NCBI GenBank assembly: GCA_951406725.2
Contig: OX597827.1
Span: 67,518,001 to 67,582,000, forward strand
Direction of reading: 5' to 3'
Source of the DNA: Octopus vulgaris
Lineage: Eukaryota
DNA: 64,000 bases
Part shown: in pieces, positions 52,170 through 64,000 of the stretch
Numbering within the stretch: the stretch's first letter is position 1
How the letters are laid out: the number at the start of each line of letters is the position of its first letter
Translations under genes and position numbers: made by a program
The notes under the pieces: generated by a model
Told to the model about the DNA's origin: nothing
The model's input: only the letters and a program-made list of their open reading frames with translations
Databases searched by the model: none

Positions 52170-53030
52170 CAAGTGAGGGTAGGATGGGGGTTTACATCAA
52201 TACCTTGAGTTCTCTTTTTCTTCTCTTCTGGCTCACTGCCTTTCACTCTTCTGCTTTCTCTTCCTCCACTTGTGCCTTCTTGTTAGGCTTCTCCGCACTC
52301 TCTCCTGTACACTTGTGCGACTTTCCCTCGAGCCTGTAACACTGCTGGTATCTCTGTGGTCGGTGAAGAACACTTCTTTCTTACGTCGCCTTTCTGGCCA
52401 CATTTATAGCAGCGAGGTTTCCTTCCCTCCACTATGACTTTGAAAACTACCTCGTTATGGTGCAGCCTGGATGATTATCTCCAGAGTCTGCCCTTGCTAA
52501 TTCTACGGTAGCGTTCTCTTTACTCGGAGGACCTCTATCTTCTCTTCAACATCCAATAGTATTGCAGCCACCAGCCAGGCGACATCTACCTGCGGGTGGA
52601 TTTCTTCCACCCTTACACTGGAAGCACGTCTTCCAAGGTAAATAGGTAGAAGTATTACCCCATACGTTTTCAGAGAGGTAGCAGAATGTTTCCTGACCTT
52701 CTCCTCGGATGCGAATCACACCGCCACAGTAGTGTAATTTTTTCCTTCTGGTAAGGTAGGTGACATCCTGCCAAATGGGTCTCAGAGCTTTCCCTACTTG
52801 TATTTTTGTCAATATTTCCATTTTCTTTGCCCCCAGATTATACATTCTATGCATTACTGTCTTTCTTTGTGTGTCCCTTGCAACTTCACTAGGAGGGAAC
52901 ATTTTTACCTCGTGCACCTTCCTTCTCAGGATTTCCTTGTACTTTTTATAAGTCTGCCTCATTAAAATAAATTTCTTCATCTTTTTCGTCAGCCGCAGGT
53001 ACAAAATTCATTTTTCTATATTCTGGTCTA
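52170..53030 (-). mobile_element. Degenerate L1/Tx1-type ORF1 (gag-like) remnant
   Basis: VVFKVIVEGRKPRCYKCGQKGDVRKKC zinc knuckle at about 52370-52450. Confidence 0.6.
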
Positions 53031-53326
53031 CAATATCCAGAAGTCGTTCCGTCTGAAGAATTCAAATGTTCATACATCATGAAGACACAGGTAATGTGCT
53101 TCCCCCTTCAAACAAGGGGGACAGCACGAGCAAGAAGAGACGGCGGCGTGGATTTCCACCTCGGCATCCGAAACTCTGAGTTTTATCATGGCTACCGAAT
53201 AATTGTCACATATTACATTTACAGATATATATATATATATATATATATATTTAATTTTATTTGTTAGGGAATAAAAATTCCGGCATAACAGGGGTTCAAA
53301 TTATTCTCAATGAGGAAATATATATT

Positions 53327-53424
53327 TTCATTTAGAGATAGTAGGCCCCTTTCTCCCAGCATATAAAGGAATTTTAATTTAAATACTTACTACTTTATAA
53401 AGGGTCCTACTATCTCTAAATGAA
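53327..53424. repeat. Inverted repeat with 26-bp arms next to (TA)n
   Basis: TTCATTTAGAGATAGTAGGCCCCTTT / AAAGGGTCCTACTATCTCTAAATGAA. Confidence 0.85.
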
Positions 53425-53522
53425 TATATATATATATACTTTTTAATAAACCTACAAAGACATCACAAAACTGTTACTCAGAGTTTCTGAGTGTATATAT
53501 ATATATATGTGTGTGTATGTGT

Positions 53523-53585
<63 letters not shown>

Positions 53586-54034
53586 CTCATGCTTTGAATT
53601 CTATTTTTTGTATTTTCATCACCAAAACTGTACATATATATATACGCAAGTATGTATGTATGTATATGTGTGTGTGTCTATACATTCCTATATGTGTATG
53701 TATGTAGATGTATGTGTGGAATCCATGAAATGTTCTACAGATTAAAGATGTTACAGTTACCAATCAATTCGAACGCAATTCATCGATGCAATTCATCGAT
53801 TCTAATCCCATTTCTACTCTATTTTCTTCATTCTCTCTCTTAGTAACAACCTCACAACTTAAGACGTGTTATTATTACATCCATATCTTTTTGAAGTTTA
53901 TTCGCAAAGAAATTTAGGAAAATTGACTGAAGTTAAGAATCGAAACTGGAATTTAAAACCTGATAGTTTATAAGATTTAACTATTACTCTGTTACCTAAG
54001 CAACCACAATTCTTTTTCTTCTTCTGTATAATAA

Positions 54035-54073
<39 letters not shown>

Positions 54074-54353
54074 GTAAACGAACTGGGTTCGTGGTTAATA
54101 TCTCCTGCAGTGAATAATTTTGACATCATAGGTGATGTCAAAGGAAACTAACACTTTGAAGAAAGTTTCTAATTTAGGTAAATAATAAATATACATAAAT
54201 ACACATACACACACACACACATACACACACACACATACATACATATAGATAGATTCATAGCTATCCAGGTATGCAAAGAAATATCGATATAGATATACAT
54301 ACACATATATACATTCATAGGTGCACAAACATACACTTATGAATATATAAATG

Positions 54354-54388
<35 letters not shown>

Positions 54389-54389
54389 G

Positions 54390-54429
<40 letters not shown>

Positions 54430-54622
54430 CGTGTGTGTATGTGAGTATGTATGTATAATATATATGTAATGTAAGAACTGTTAAATTTATATAAATATAA
54501 AATATAAATTGTGGGTAAACATTATCTGATAAAGAATTCAATAATTCGGGTAAAGCGGGCAGATTAATTTTCTTATGAAGAGTTCCTTGCGAACACTCAC
54601 ACACTGATATATACATGTGCAA

Positions 54623-54667
<45 letters not shown>

Positions 54668-54835
54668 ATACGGTGTACATTTAAACACATAATGAATCCA
54701 CTCATGGGATTCAACACTCTAGAAAGAACAGCTAGGTTCTATAACCACAAAATTAGGGATAAAATTCGACAGGAACGAAATGAAAAAATAAAAACATTTT
54801 ACCATCTAATTTCCTGGATCAATTGGTTTCACACT

Positions 54836-54877
<42 letters not shown>

Positions 54878-54912
54878 GAAGGCTTGAAAATGCAGTTTTA
54901 AAAGATGCTTAT

Positions 54913-54958
54913 TTACTTGACCGGTTTCACTTTTTTAGGAAAAGATTGTCAAAAGTAA
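54913..54958 (-). ncRNA. Minimal hammerhead ribozyme, U3/A8 covariant core
   Basis: Minus strand TTACTT-TTGACAA-tCTTTT ccta aAAAAGt-GAAA-CCGG-TC-AAGTAA; perfect 6-bp stem I, palindromic ACCGGT, GUC triplet. Confidence 0.65.
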
Positions 54959-55339
54959 CATGTAAAAGCTTTGTTGTGTTAGGTACTGGTTGTCACAAAA
55001 TATTACAATACATATATACATTCTTTGATAATAATAGTAAGAACATGTTAAAAACATTTTACAAGGAAAAATCTTGGGAAAATATAAAAAAAAAGTTCAT
55101 TAAAATATTGAGCACAAAAAGTTGCAATACTTATATACATTCTTTGATAATAATAAAATGTTAAAAACAGTTTACAGAAAAAAAATTTTTGAAAAATTAT
55201 TTATAAGTTCATAAAACCTATTAGAATTTCTTTTTTAATAGTTCATTATAGATGGTTCTAGCTGCAACGTCATGTCTCATCGGTAGATAAATTGTGATGA
55301 CATTTTCGAACAGCTTATGATTTGGGTAATATCGCATGA

Positions 55340-55401
<62 letters not shown>

Positions 55402-55610
55402 TTGTATGTATGTATATATATATATATGTGTATATATGTGTATGTATGCATGTATATATATATGTGTGTGTATACCTATATGTGGGGCTGGTTATATCTT
55501 ATTATATTATGAATTGCATATGAGAGTGTGCGTGCTTTGTGTGAGCTGTTACAAATATCACTATTTCTCGATACATCCGAAAAAGTCAGCTATTTCTATC
55601 CAATGTTATA

Positions 55611-55830
55611 CGAGGGATGCTGAAATGTTCCTGGCTTTAAAGGTATCGCGAAAGGCGTTGTTAGAGGCCCAATCGTCCGAGCTGTTTTGCGCGGCATAAA
55701 AAATAACTGGAGGACCGTTGCAATAAGTGTGTGCATTTGAGAAGGGGAATATTTTGAATAAAATCATGATTAATTGATCCACCTGTAGTTTCTTTTTTCC
55801 CAAAGCCAGAAACTTTTCAGCACCCAGTCG
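55611..55830. mobile_element. mariner-type MITE
   Basis: TA|CGAGGGATGCTGAAATGTTCCTGGCTTT ... AAAGCCAGAAACTTTTCAGCACCCAGTCG|TA. Confidence 0.85.
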
Positions 55831-56943
55831 TATATACACCACAGAATCCGAGAAACCAACCTTATGATCCTACGTTTCGAGAAATACTTTGATACTTATT
55901 TTTCAATACACACTTATTTCTGAGCAGTTTTTCACAGTTTCACTTAGAATCCATTGGTCGGCCCATTGCTATAATGCTGCACAGTCGGACTGATCCCGTT
56001 GCTTCGAAATAAACTTCTTAAAGACTCAGTAGTTTAGTAAAATGAAGAGAAAATCAATACACCACGTTTATTCTATACAGGGAACGAAGTAGTTGAAGAA
56101 AACAAGCTTTTTATTTACGTAGCTTGGCTCACATCTGAATCTGTAATCTTTCTTCATTAAGGTTATTATTAATATAATATCACTGAATTATTCTTAAGAT
56201 AGTGTAACTTGAGTTTATTAACGCAACTTGGAGTTGGAATCCTTTCGGTATATACAGTAAAGTTTCGCTTCTCCGCACCCAAAGTAAGCTGGGAGCGATA
56301 TTGGCGTCCATCCATTCTTTGTCGATAAAACAATATCCAGTCGTATATAATATTTTCTCTTACAAATTAAGCTGGGAGCAACATGACTTCTCTCCATTCC
56401 TTGTCGTATATAACAATCTTCTGACAGATATCTTTTCCCAACAGATATTGGCATTTTAACAAATAAATAAATGAATACTATTTCTTTGTTACTGATGGAT
56501 GGTGAATTGACCATGCCATAATAACGCAATTGGGGTCATAGAAAGAATTTTTCAAAGTTCTACTATCATAGATAGCCGTCGGATGTATTGTAATGGATGT
56601 CTTAAATATTCTTAGTGGAAGTCTGCTGAGATGGTTACTTCAAGATCAACTCAGGAAATTGAAACTGGCTGCCATCGGACTCAAACAGAAAAAGTAGCAG
56701 ACAATGACAGAGAGTCGAAAAGAAATGTTTGAAGCGCTTCCTTTAGATTTGATGAATAAACGAGAGAGAAAAAGCGAAATTCGAACTCCCAGTCAAGCCA
56801 ATTATTATTCATTATTGTATGAAATGTGAAGGTTTTGTTGCTTTCTAAAGTTCATCAACAAACACAAACACGCACACATACACACACAGATAGATGAATG
56901 GATAGATAGATAGACAGAGAGATATATAGACAGACAGATAGAC

Positions 56944-57030
<87 letters not shown>

Positions 57031-57078
57031 CAGACAGACGGATGGACGGACGGACGGACGGATGGATGGATGGATGGG

Positions 57079-57150
<72 letters not shown>

Positions 57151-57151
57151 G

Positions 57152-57219
<68 letters not shown>

Positions 57220-57329
57220 GGCAAATGAAATAAAGTAAGAAAACAGATGTTGAAAGCTCTGCACTTGGTGGGAAGTATAATGTGAGCCCTGCAAGATTTC
57301 CCAAGGCATTTGGATTGTCGCCTCGTCGG

Positions 57330-57675
57330 TGATTGCACATCATAAAATTTTAGGTCCAATAAGGCTTAAACAGCACCTCACAACCCCTCTCCTACTTATT
57401 GACATGATCCAGAGACAAATCAAGGCAAGATATTTAGTGGCAATATGGGTCGCAGGCTGAAGGATGTGGGCACGCCATTATCTTAAGCGTAAGCAAAAGA
57501 CTCCAACAAATGTTCAATGCCATTCCCTGCATATCTGGATTTGTCTCAGGGTGATCTATTCCTTGAGAAAAGCTAAGAAGTGCCTCACTTGCAATCTGCT
57601 CCCAGTGCATCGGACACCAACCAGAAATTTCTGAGGACCCACGCTATTCCTAGATAGTCGTTGAACCTACGTCAG
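57330..57675. repeat. Second copy of the unclassified repeat at 13305-13690
   Basis: Shared blocks as listed for 13305. Confidence 0.65.
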
Positions 57676-58750
57676 CTTCATATGTCTTTTTGACAGGTCT
57701 TGTTTTTAGTCCTGCTGGGTTTCTAGCAACGCTCTTCATCAGACAAACCTAGTTTGGTAACCTGTTTAGTCACTGAAGCCCCAGCATCCGAGCAACAGGT
57801 TATACTGGATTCCATTTCACTAATAACTCGCCTGAATGTATCTTTCTGCTTCTATTTTTCGTCCATTGCTGCGTGGCAACAAATGTTTGTTTGTTTACGT
57901 CCCCGTAAAATAGCGGTTCGGCATAAGAACTTGATCGAATAACTACAAGGTTAAAACATCTGTTTTCTGACTTCATTTCTTTTGCCTAATCTATCTATCT
58001 ATATATGTCTGCAGCAAACACTAAAAAGCATTTTCCCCCAGTGCGGTCGGTGAATGCCAAAAATACCTCACGAAGAAACTTTACTGGGATCTCCTCGAGG
58101 ACAAACCAAAGGAGGAGAAAGCAAAAGCTTTCCAGCAGTAAGTACTGGGATCGATCTGTTCGACTAAAACCCGTTCAAGCGGTGTCCCAGCATGTGACTG
58201 CGGTCCAATGACTGAAGCAAGCATTAAGTTGAAAGATAAAAAGACATAGGATAGCCACTTGAAATCGATAGCATTCATAAGTGTAAAACTTAATGGAAAT
58301 GCAGAAAGATATAGAATTAAAGTAAGGATTGAATATGATGGAACATTTCAAAATAGGAGTGTATTGAAAGAAAAAAAGGCCATGGCGATATTTGTGGCTA
58401 TCAATAGTGATGAAATGGCGTAAGGAATTTTTATGAAGATTGATGTGAAACGATGTCGCTTTAATATATTTCACATAAATTCTATGCGTGTAAAATATGA
58501 AAGTAAGGTTCATGTCGAGGGAAAAAGTAATTACTTTTCAAACTAGTGAAAATGGTGTTAAGAGTTCTTATAAATGTGTGTGTCTGTGTGTCTGTGTTTA
58601 AGTATAAAACTTTTCTGTATATTAAGAAAAACTTTAAAGTATATATGCTTATGTATTGAGTTCTATTCCTCAATAGGTAAGCATATATATAAGCAAGTAC
58701 GTATGTATGCATATACATGTGTGTGTATGTGTGGAGAAAGAGAGAGAGAA

Positions 58751-58791
<41 letters not shown>

Positions 58792-58811
58792 GAGTTAGAT
58801 AGACAGATCTC

Positions 58812-58863
<52 letters not shown>

Positions 58864-59034
58864 CAGACGAATGGATGGATGGATATTAATATAGATAGAT
58901 CGATAGTAATATAGATAGATATTAATCTCTTTCTCCTCCTTGCCTCTTTTCCCTTTATACGTGAGTGTGTGTGTGTGTGTGTGTGTGAAAGAGAGAGAGA
59001 GAGCCAGTGTGTTTGTGCGTGTGCATGTTTGTGT

Positions 59035-59076
<42 letters not shown>

Positions 59077-59077
59077 A

Positions 59078-59124
<47 letters not shown>

Positions 59125-60694
59125 TGTAAAGGTAAGATGAAATGATCAAAGTGTAGGAAGTTAGTAAGCTTCGGTCAGTCCGTAGAAGGTGTAGAAAACA
59201 ACTTTCAGGAACAATCGTGGTTTCTTCATGTAGAAGTTTGTAAATTTCTCTCATATTGAAGTTTAATAAGCTGAAAAGGTTATTTTGTGGTTCACGGTTG
59301 ACATTATCGATCAAATTTCCTGCGAGGTAACATGGCGACATTTGAGACATTTCATTAAGCCATCTTGGACCCGACGAGTAGCTGGCAGATTACCCTTCGT
59401 TTGGGTATCTTTTGGGTATCTACTACTTCCGAGATTCTGTTAACTATGAAACACATGTAGCTTGGATCTTATCTCCTCAATTCCCTAATTTGGGACACCG
59501 TGTGTGTGTGTGTGTGTGTGTCTGTACAGGAGTCCTTACAATTACAGTGTCTTCATTAATGCATTATAACTGCAAGGCTTCAATCTTCACGAAGTTACTC
59601 ATTTCTGATCATAAGCTTGTAAATCGAGTTTGCGCTTCTTTTGAAATATTCGTCGAATATTTTTTGAAATGTGAAATAATAGTCTGAAAAAGTGCTTATT
59701 CGTATGCATGGGGATATGTATATCAATGTCTCTATTTATCTCTTTGCGCTTTTATCCCTCTATCTATCGACTTATACACTTAGCTACCCATGTAACATTT
59801 TGTATTTTTTAATGACTGTCTAATTCCATATCAACCAGACCCTTTATATATTTAATGCATATTTGTTTAGCAACCAGGAATAGCGTAAGCAACCGCATAG
59901 ATGGCACTAGTACACTAATGGTAATACAGTATTGGGTTTTTGTTTAGATTTTGTCAGTCCCCTATGAACACTGAATTTAAGTAACAATAGTAAACATTTC
60001 ATCGATATTGCATTTCTTTTGCCAAGGATTTCCACTGTATTGCAACTGTAATATATGTTGATTCGAGCTGTATGTCTTAACGACATAAACATCACAAAAA
60101 AGAAGTAAGATCTTTCTAGAGAATTTTTTTAAGAACCAGCAGAATACAGACGCGTTGTCTTCCCCCTACCTAGCCTACGTGAACTTAGCCAAGTTTAACC
60201 TGATTGAACCAGACCATATACAATCATTGGACAGTTTTTTTCACAAAAATGAATTTTTGCTCTTTTTCCCGAAAGATATCTGACTTTGCCTGGTGGTGTC
60301 ATCTTTGTATATATTTTACGATACAAGTATATTTCCTGTGATCGTGTCTTGTTCCCATTACTTTCCGGTGGAATGATTCTTCTAGTACCTATTACAGCCA
60401 AGATATCGAGCGGAATTATTTGCTTGTTTCTCTAGTTATTTATTATATTTTCTCTCCGAGGTTACAAAGAATCTATCTCCTTTTTCTCTCATCTAAACCA
60501 GCGGAAGCAATGAAGTATAAAGTGATTTTACTAAAATATTACTGTAAAGTGAAAAGATCAAAAGTATACGCTTCTGCTTATTCAATAATACATGTCGAAA
60601 AGTTTGTGAAAAGCGAAGTCGATAGAACGCAGGAGAAAAACTATTGTTCAGTTGATTAATTTTTCCTTTTCTTTTTCTAATTTCTGATTTAAAA

Positions 60695-61800
60695 TCCCAT
60701 TTACGCAACGATTTTAGACAACTAGACGTAGAATGTTTTGGCCATCAGCGAGGCTAGGATTTCCGAGACACGTGGCTTCACGCCCATCTTAGAGGACGAG
60801 GTGGAGAACGTGTCTCCAAGCCGTCAGGGCATGAAAGGCGGAGCAGCTGTATTTTGGAAACGCCCGGATCTCGCAATGTGAACTATCTTCCTAGAATTAG
60901 AGGGCAAGCCGGAGCTACTGGACGTGAGCAGTAAAGATCAAACCTACCATCTGTTAGCTGTCTACACCCTGCTACAGGTGTTGCGACCAGATTTTATTAG
61001 GCGCCTAGAATCTCATGTAGGAAACGCTCTGCTCTTTAGTGCTTGTAGGAAATTGGAGCGGCATTTGGATGCCGATAGAAAAGCGTCGTAAACTTGGTCT
61101 GATTTTTCAACTATGTATCAAATACCGACTGGATTTCTCGGATGGGATTTACAGTCCACAAATTTGTAATTTGTACAACCGACGAACACAGAAATGAAAG
61201 GAAAGAAACTCGTTACTGGAACCTAAATGCTATTTTCCTTGCGAGCAAAGACACATGACAGTAGATTAGTGAATTAATTCAGCAGACATTGATGGGGCTT
61301 TCGTTAAAATCGGTGATTCTCCCTTAAAAGAGCGATTAGAAAGTAGTCGATAAGTTTTAATGCCACAGTAGCGATAAAGAAGAATAGGTTTAGAAAGAGA
61401 CGGAATAAGGAACTAGAAGGCTTTTGAGAAAGGCATCCCACCAATGTACTTGCAGTGAGATTGACATTGAACTAGTTCTTCAACATGAAGTAGAGCGGCG
61501 AAGTTTTTAGAATTAAGACACATTCTCTGATAAACGAAGGAACGAAATCTGTTCGATAGACCCAAGTAGCAGCGGTGAAACATGGCAACAAAGCTTCTAC
61601 TGACCATAAGGATCGCACATTACATAACCCCCAAGCAGATGTACACGGCCTTTGAGCTGTACTTCGTGTGCTGTTGCAAGTAGCGGACCAGAAGTAAAAC
61701 GGTTAATTAATGCCTTACTTGAGAGCATGCCGTGATTCAGTAATGACCACTGAAATAATGGAAGCTAGAGCAAGCTGCACGAAGGACGGGTTTGAATGGT
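60695..61800 (+). mobile_element. Highly degenerate L1/Tx1-type ORF2 (APE endonuclease region)
   Basis: LAISEARI, GGAAVFWK, EGKPELLDV..YHLLAVY, LVLVGNWS across frameshifts. Confidence 0.6.
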
Positions 61801-62084
61801 TTATCCTACGAGCCTTAAGGTTTCATGTCACACATGCTTGGCAAACTCTTGCCAGATATCAACCAAAACCAACAATAAAACAGGACAGTTCTCAGTCCCT
61901 AGGTGTGGTAGTACTACTGACAAAAAAATCCAGATAAAGGAGAACTATGTTGTTAATTTTCGGACTGGAAGTATTCAAATCACAGCTGTCGAGATTTTGG
62001 TGAGGGAGAAAATGCTAAGAAGCTTCATTCTGAGTTCAAATTCCACATAGACCGACTGGTAGTAGTAGTAGTAGTAGTAGTAGC

Positions 62085-62127
<43 letters not shown>

Positions 62128-62129
<2 letters not shown>

Positions 62130-62240
62130 TTTGGCACGAGTTTTTCTGTGCTTGTTTCCAGTACGTCTAATTCTGGGAACTGCTGTATTTGGAATTCAAT
62201 TAGATACTTCGATATTTCTTTGACTGTTTTGTTACTGAGA
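62128..62240 (-). mobile_element. Short R4/Dong-like LINE fragment
   Basis: EFQIQQFPELDVLETSTEK, homologous to 63607-63730. Confidence 0.65.
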
Positions 62241-62260
62241 ATCATCATCATCATCATTCA

Positions 62261-62263
<3 letters not shown>

Positions 62264-62304
<41 letters not shown>

Positions 62305-63740
62305 TTATGCTTGACTTTTGCTTTACATTTGTGCAAGTTGGCTCCAAGTCTCACCCAGAGATCTCAAGAGACAATAAGCTGGAAGTTCATGTTGGTGTTA
62401 TGCCTAGGATGCCATATATTCGGTTTTGTACATAGTTTTGTTCTAGAGAATGTTTAAGAAACCATAAGAAAATTATGTTTGTTTTAAAACTTAAGATGAC
62501 ATAGAAAGTATTTTGCGTAGGATATGGGTAGTTCCCATGAGCACTATCTTTTGAATTTCTGCCATTTTTGGGTTCCCTGGTATCTGAGCTTGTTTTAGTC
62601 TTCAGGTTCCACATTTTGCTAATTTCTATTTCAAGATCTTTATACTTGCTCATTTTTTGATATGTCTTGACAGATACGTTTATATCGATTGGGACAGTCA
62701 TATCAATGAGGAAGCATGATTTTTGTCTGAAGTCTTTCAATATGATGGCTGGCCTATTAGCATCCATCTTTCTGTCAGTTTGAATGATGAAGTTCCAGAG
62801 GAGTGAGATGTGATCATTTTCAAGCAATGTAGGTGGTTTGTGTTCCAAGCAGTTTTTATCACGGAGCAAGTCCAGGTTTTTGCAAATTACCCAGTGAATA
62901 TATTGTGCAGCTCTATCATGCCTGTTGAGATACTCTGTAGGCGCAAGAAGACTGCACATGGAGACAACATGATCAATGGTTTTATTTTGTTAACATACAT
63001 GGTATGTTGTGCTACTGCCTATCTTTAATAAGTTGGCCTGGTAGTTCCTTGTAGGCAGGAATTGATCTTGGGATGCAATGATAAACCCTTCTGTTTCAGA
63101 TTTCAAGCCAAAAGCCACTAGCCATTGGCTTTATCAACATCGGCATTATTCCCTCTCTTTGGTTATTTGCTACTGAGAGATTTTTCTTGCCATTTATCAG
63201 TAACTAGCAGTATCGCCCGGCGTTGCTCAGGTTTATAAGGGAAATAACTATAAAGAATTTTTAGAGAGTTATAGCCAAAAAATAGCAAAAACATGGAAAA
63301 AAATGATGGTAAATTTTTTTTTGAGATTTAAAAAAGGTGGAGTTGCGTCCCCCAGACAGTTTGTGGTTCGTGTTTCTGATTCTCGACCCCATGTCGAATT
63401 TATCGATTTTTTTCAGAACTGGGGGAACTTTTCAAAATTTTCGCTGCGTTAGTTTTGAATTATGCCATTGGGCTATGTGTGTGTCAAGTTTCATCAGAAT
63501 CGGTTGAAAGCCGTGGTCAGGGTGAGGGTACAAGCAAACAGACACACAGAAACACGCACAGACAAACTGCCGTTTATATAGAGAGAGATAATATCTAAAA
63601 CAGAAGTTTTGGCACATGTTTTCATGTGCTTAGCTTTTTCTGCGCTTGTTTCTAATATGTATAATTCCGAAATTTGTTGTATTTGGAATTCACTTACATA
63701 TTCTTTTGCCTATTTTGTTACAGATTATGATGCTTTCTTG
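62264..63740 (-). mobile_element. R4/Dong-clade LINE (restriction-like endonuclease), 5'-truncated, (TAA)n tail, interrupted by a Helitron
   Basis: GLKSETEGFIIASQDQ, CSLLAPTEYLNRHD, NRPAII..LIDMTVP..KYKDLEIEISKMW; (TAA)n at 62264-62303. Confidence 0.88.
63204..63588 (-). mobile_element. Non-autonomous Helitron
   Basis: Minus strand 5' TC, 3' hairpin CCTGAGCAACGCCGGG then CTAG; inserted between A and T with no TSD; removal restores the host LINE frame. Confidence 0.85.
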
Positions 63741-64000
63741 TTATTATTATTATTATTATTCAGTAGTTTTATTTTTATAGCGTGCTTTCACTTCACTACC
63801 GAGCGCAGCTATGTGTGCCTTGGGTATGTGCTGTGATTTGTTGTGATGCTCTGATGGTTATTGTATTGAAAGTGTTCTGAGTAGGATGTGTGCAGTCCCT
63901 AGTAGTGCAATTTTCTGTATGATATATGTGTTTGTAAGTCCTGGTGTTTTTGTTATGTATTTGTCTGAGTATTTTTTTATCATGCCTAATGCACCTACTA
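63741..64000 (-). mobile_element. 3' end of a second R4/Dong-clade LINE with (TAA)n tail
   Basis: VGALGMIKK..IQKIALLGTAHILLRTLSIQ stop, 3' UTR, then (TAA)n. Confidence 0.85.

Noticed and set aside
56218-56529. Ankyrin-like KNGWTPISLPAYFG motif
   Set aside because: Single weak match; underlying repeat period is 83 bp, not 99
57705-57748. Minus-strand CTGATGAAGAGCGTTGCTAGAAAC
   Set aside because: No UH cleavage site and poor stem I; at most a decayed motif

Overview
This is AT-rich, repeat-saturated eukaryotic DNA with no host protein-coding gene I can support. Nearly all ORF-track entries are microsatellite or SINE artefacts. The SINE types, (TA)n/(GATA)n density and transposon mix suggest an octopus (coleoid cephalopod) intergenic or intronic region; that assignment is an inference. 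The window holds several dozen tRNA-derived SINE copies, which I label A-D, plus head/tail chimeras. It also holds a young 5'-truncated CR1-like LINE with about 700 open codons (45286-47528), R4/Dong-type LINE pieces (one split by a Helitron), L1/Tx1 remnants, mariner/maT/pogo/hATm-like remnants and MITEs, and many Penelope-like terminal remnants in (TA)n. The main hidden signal is about a dozen minimal type I hammerhead ribozyme motifs with palindromic stem III. Two are fully canonical (24793-24876 +, 43772-43819 -) and two carry the U3-A8 covariant core. Other signals are repeated fold-back inverted repeats, a combinatorial SINE system with 2 heads and 4 tails, and a 3' tail shared by SINE A and the open LINE.
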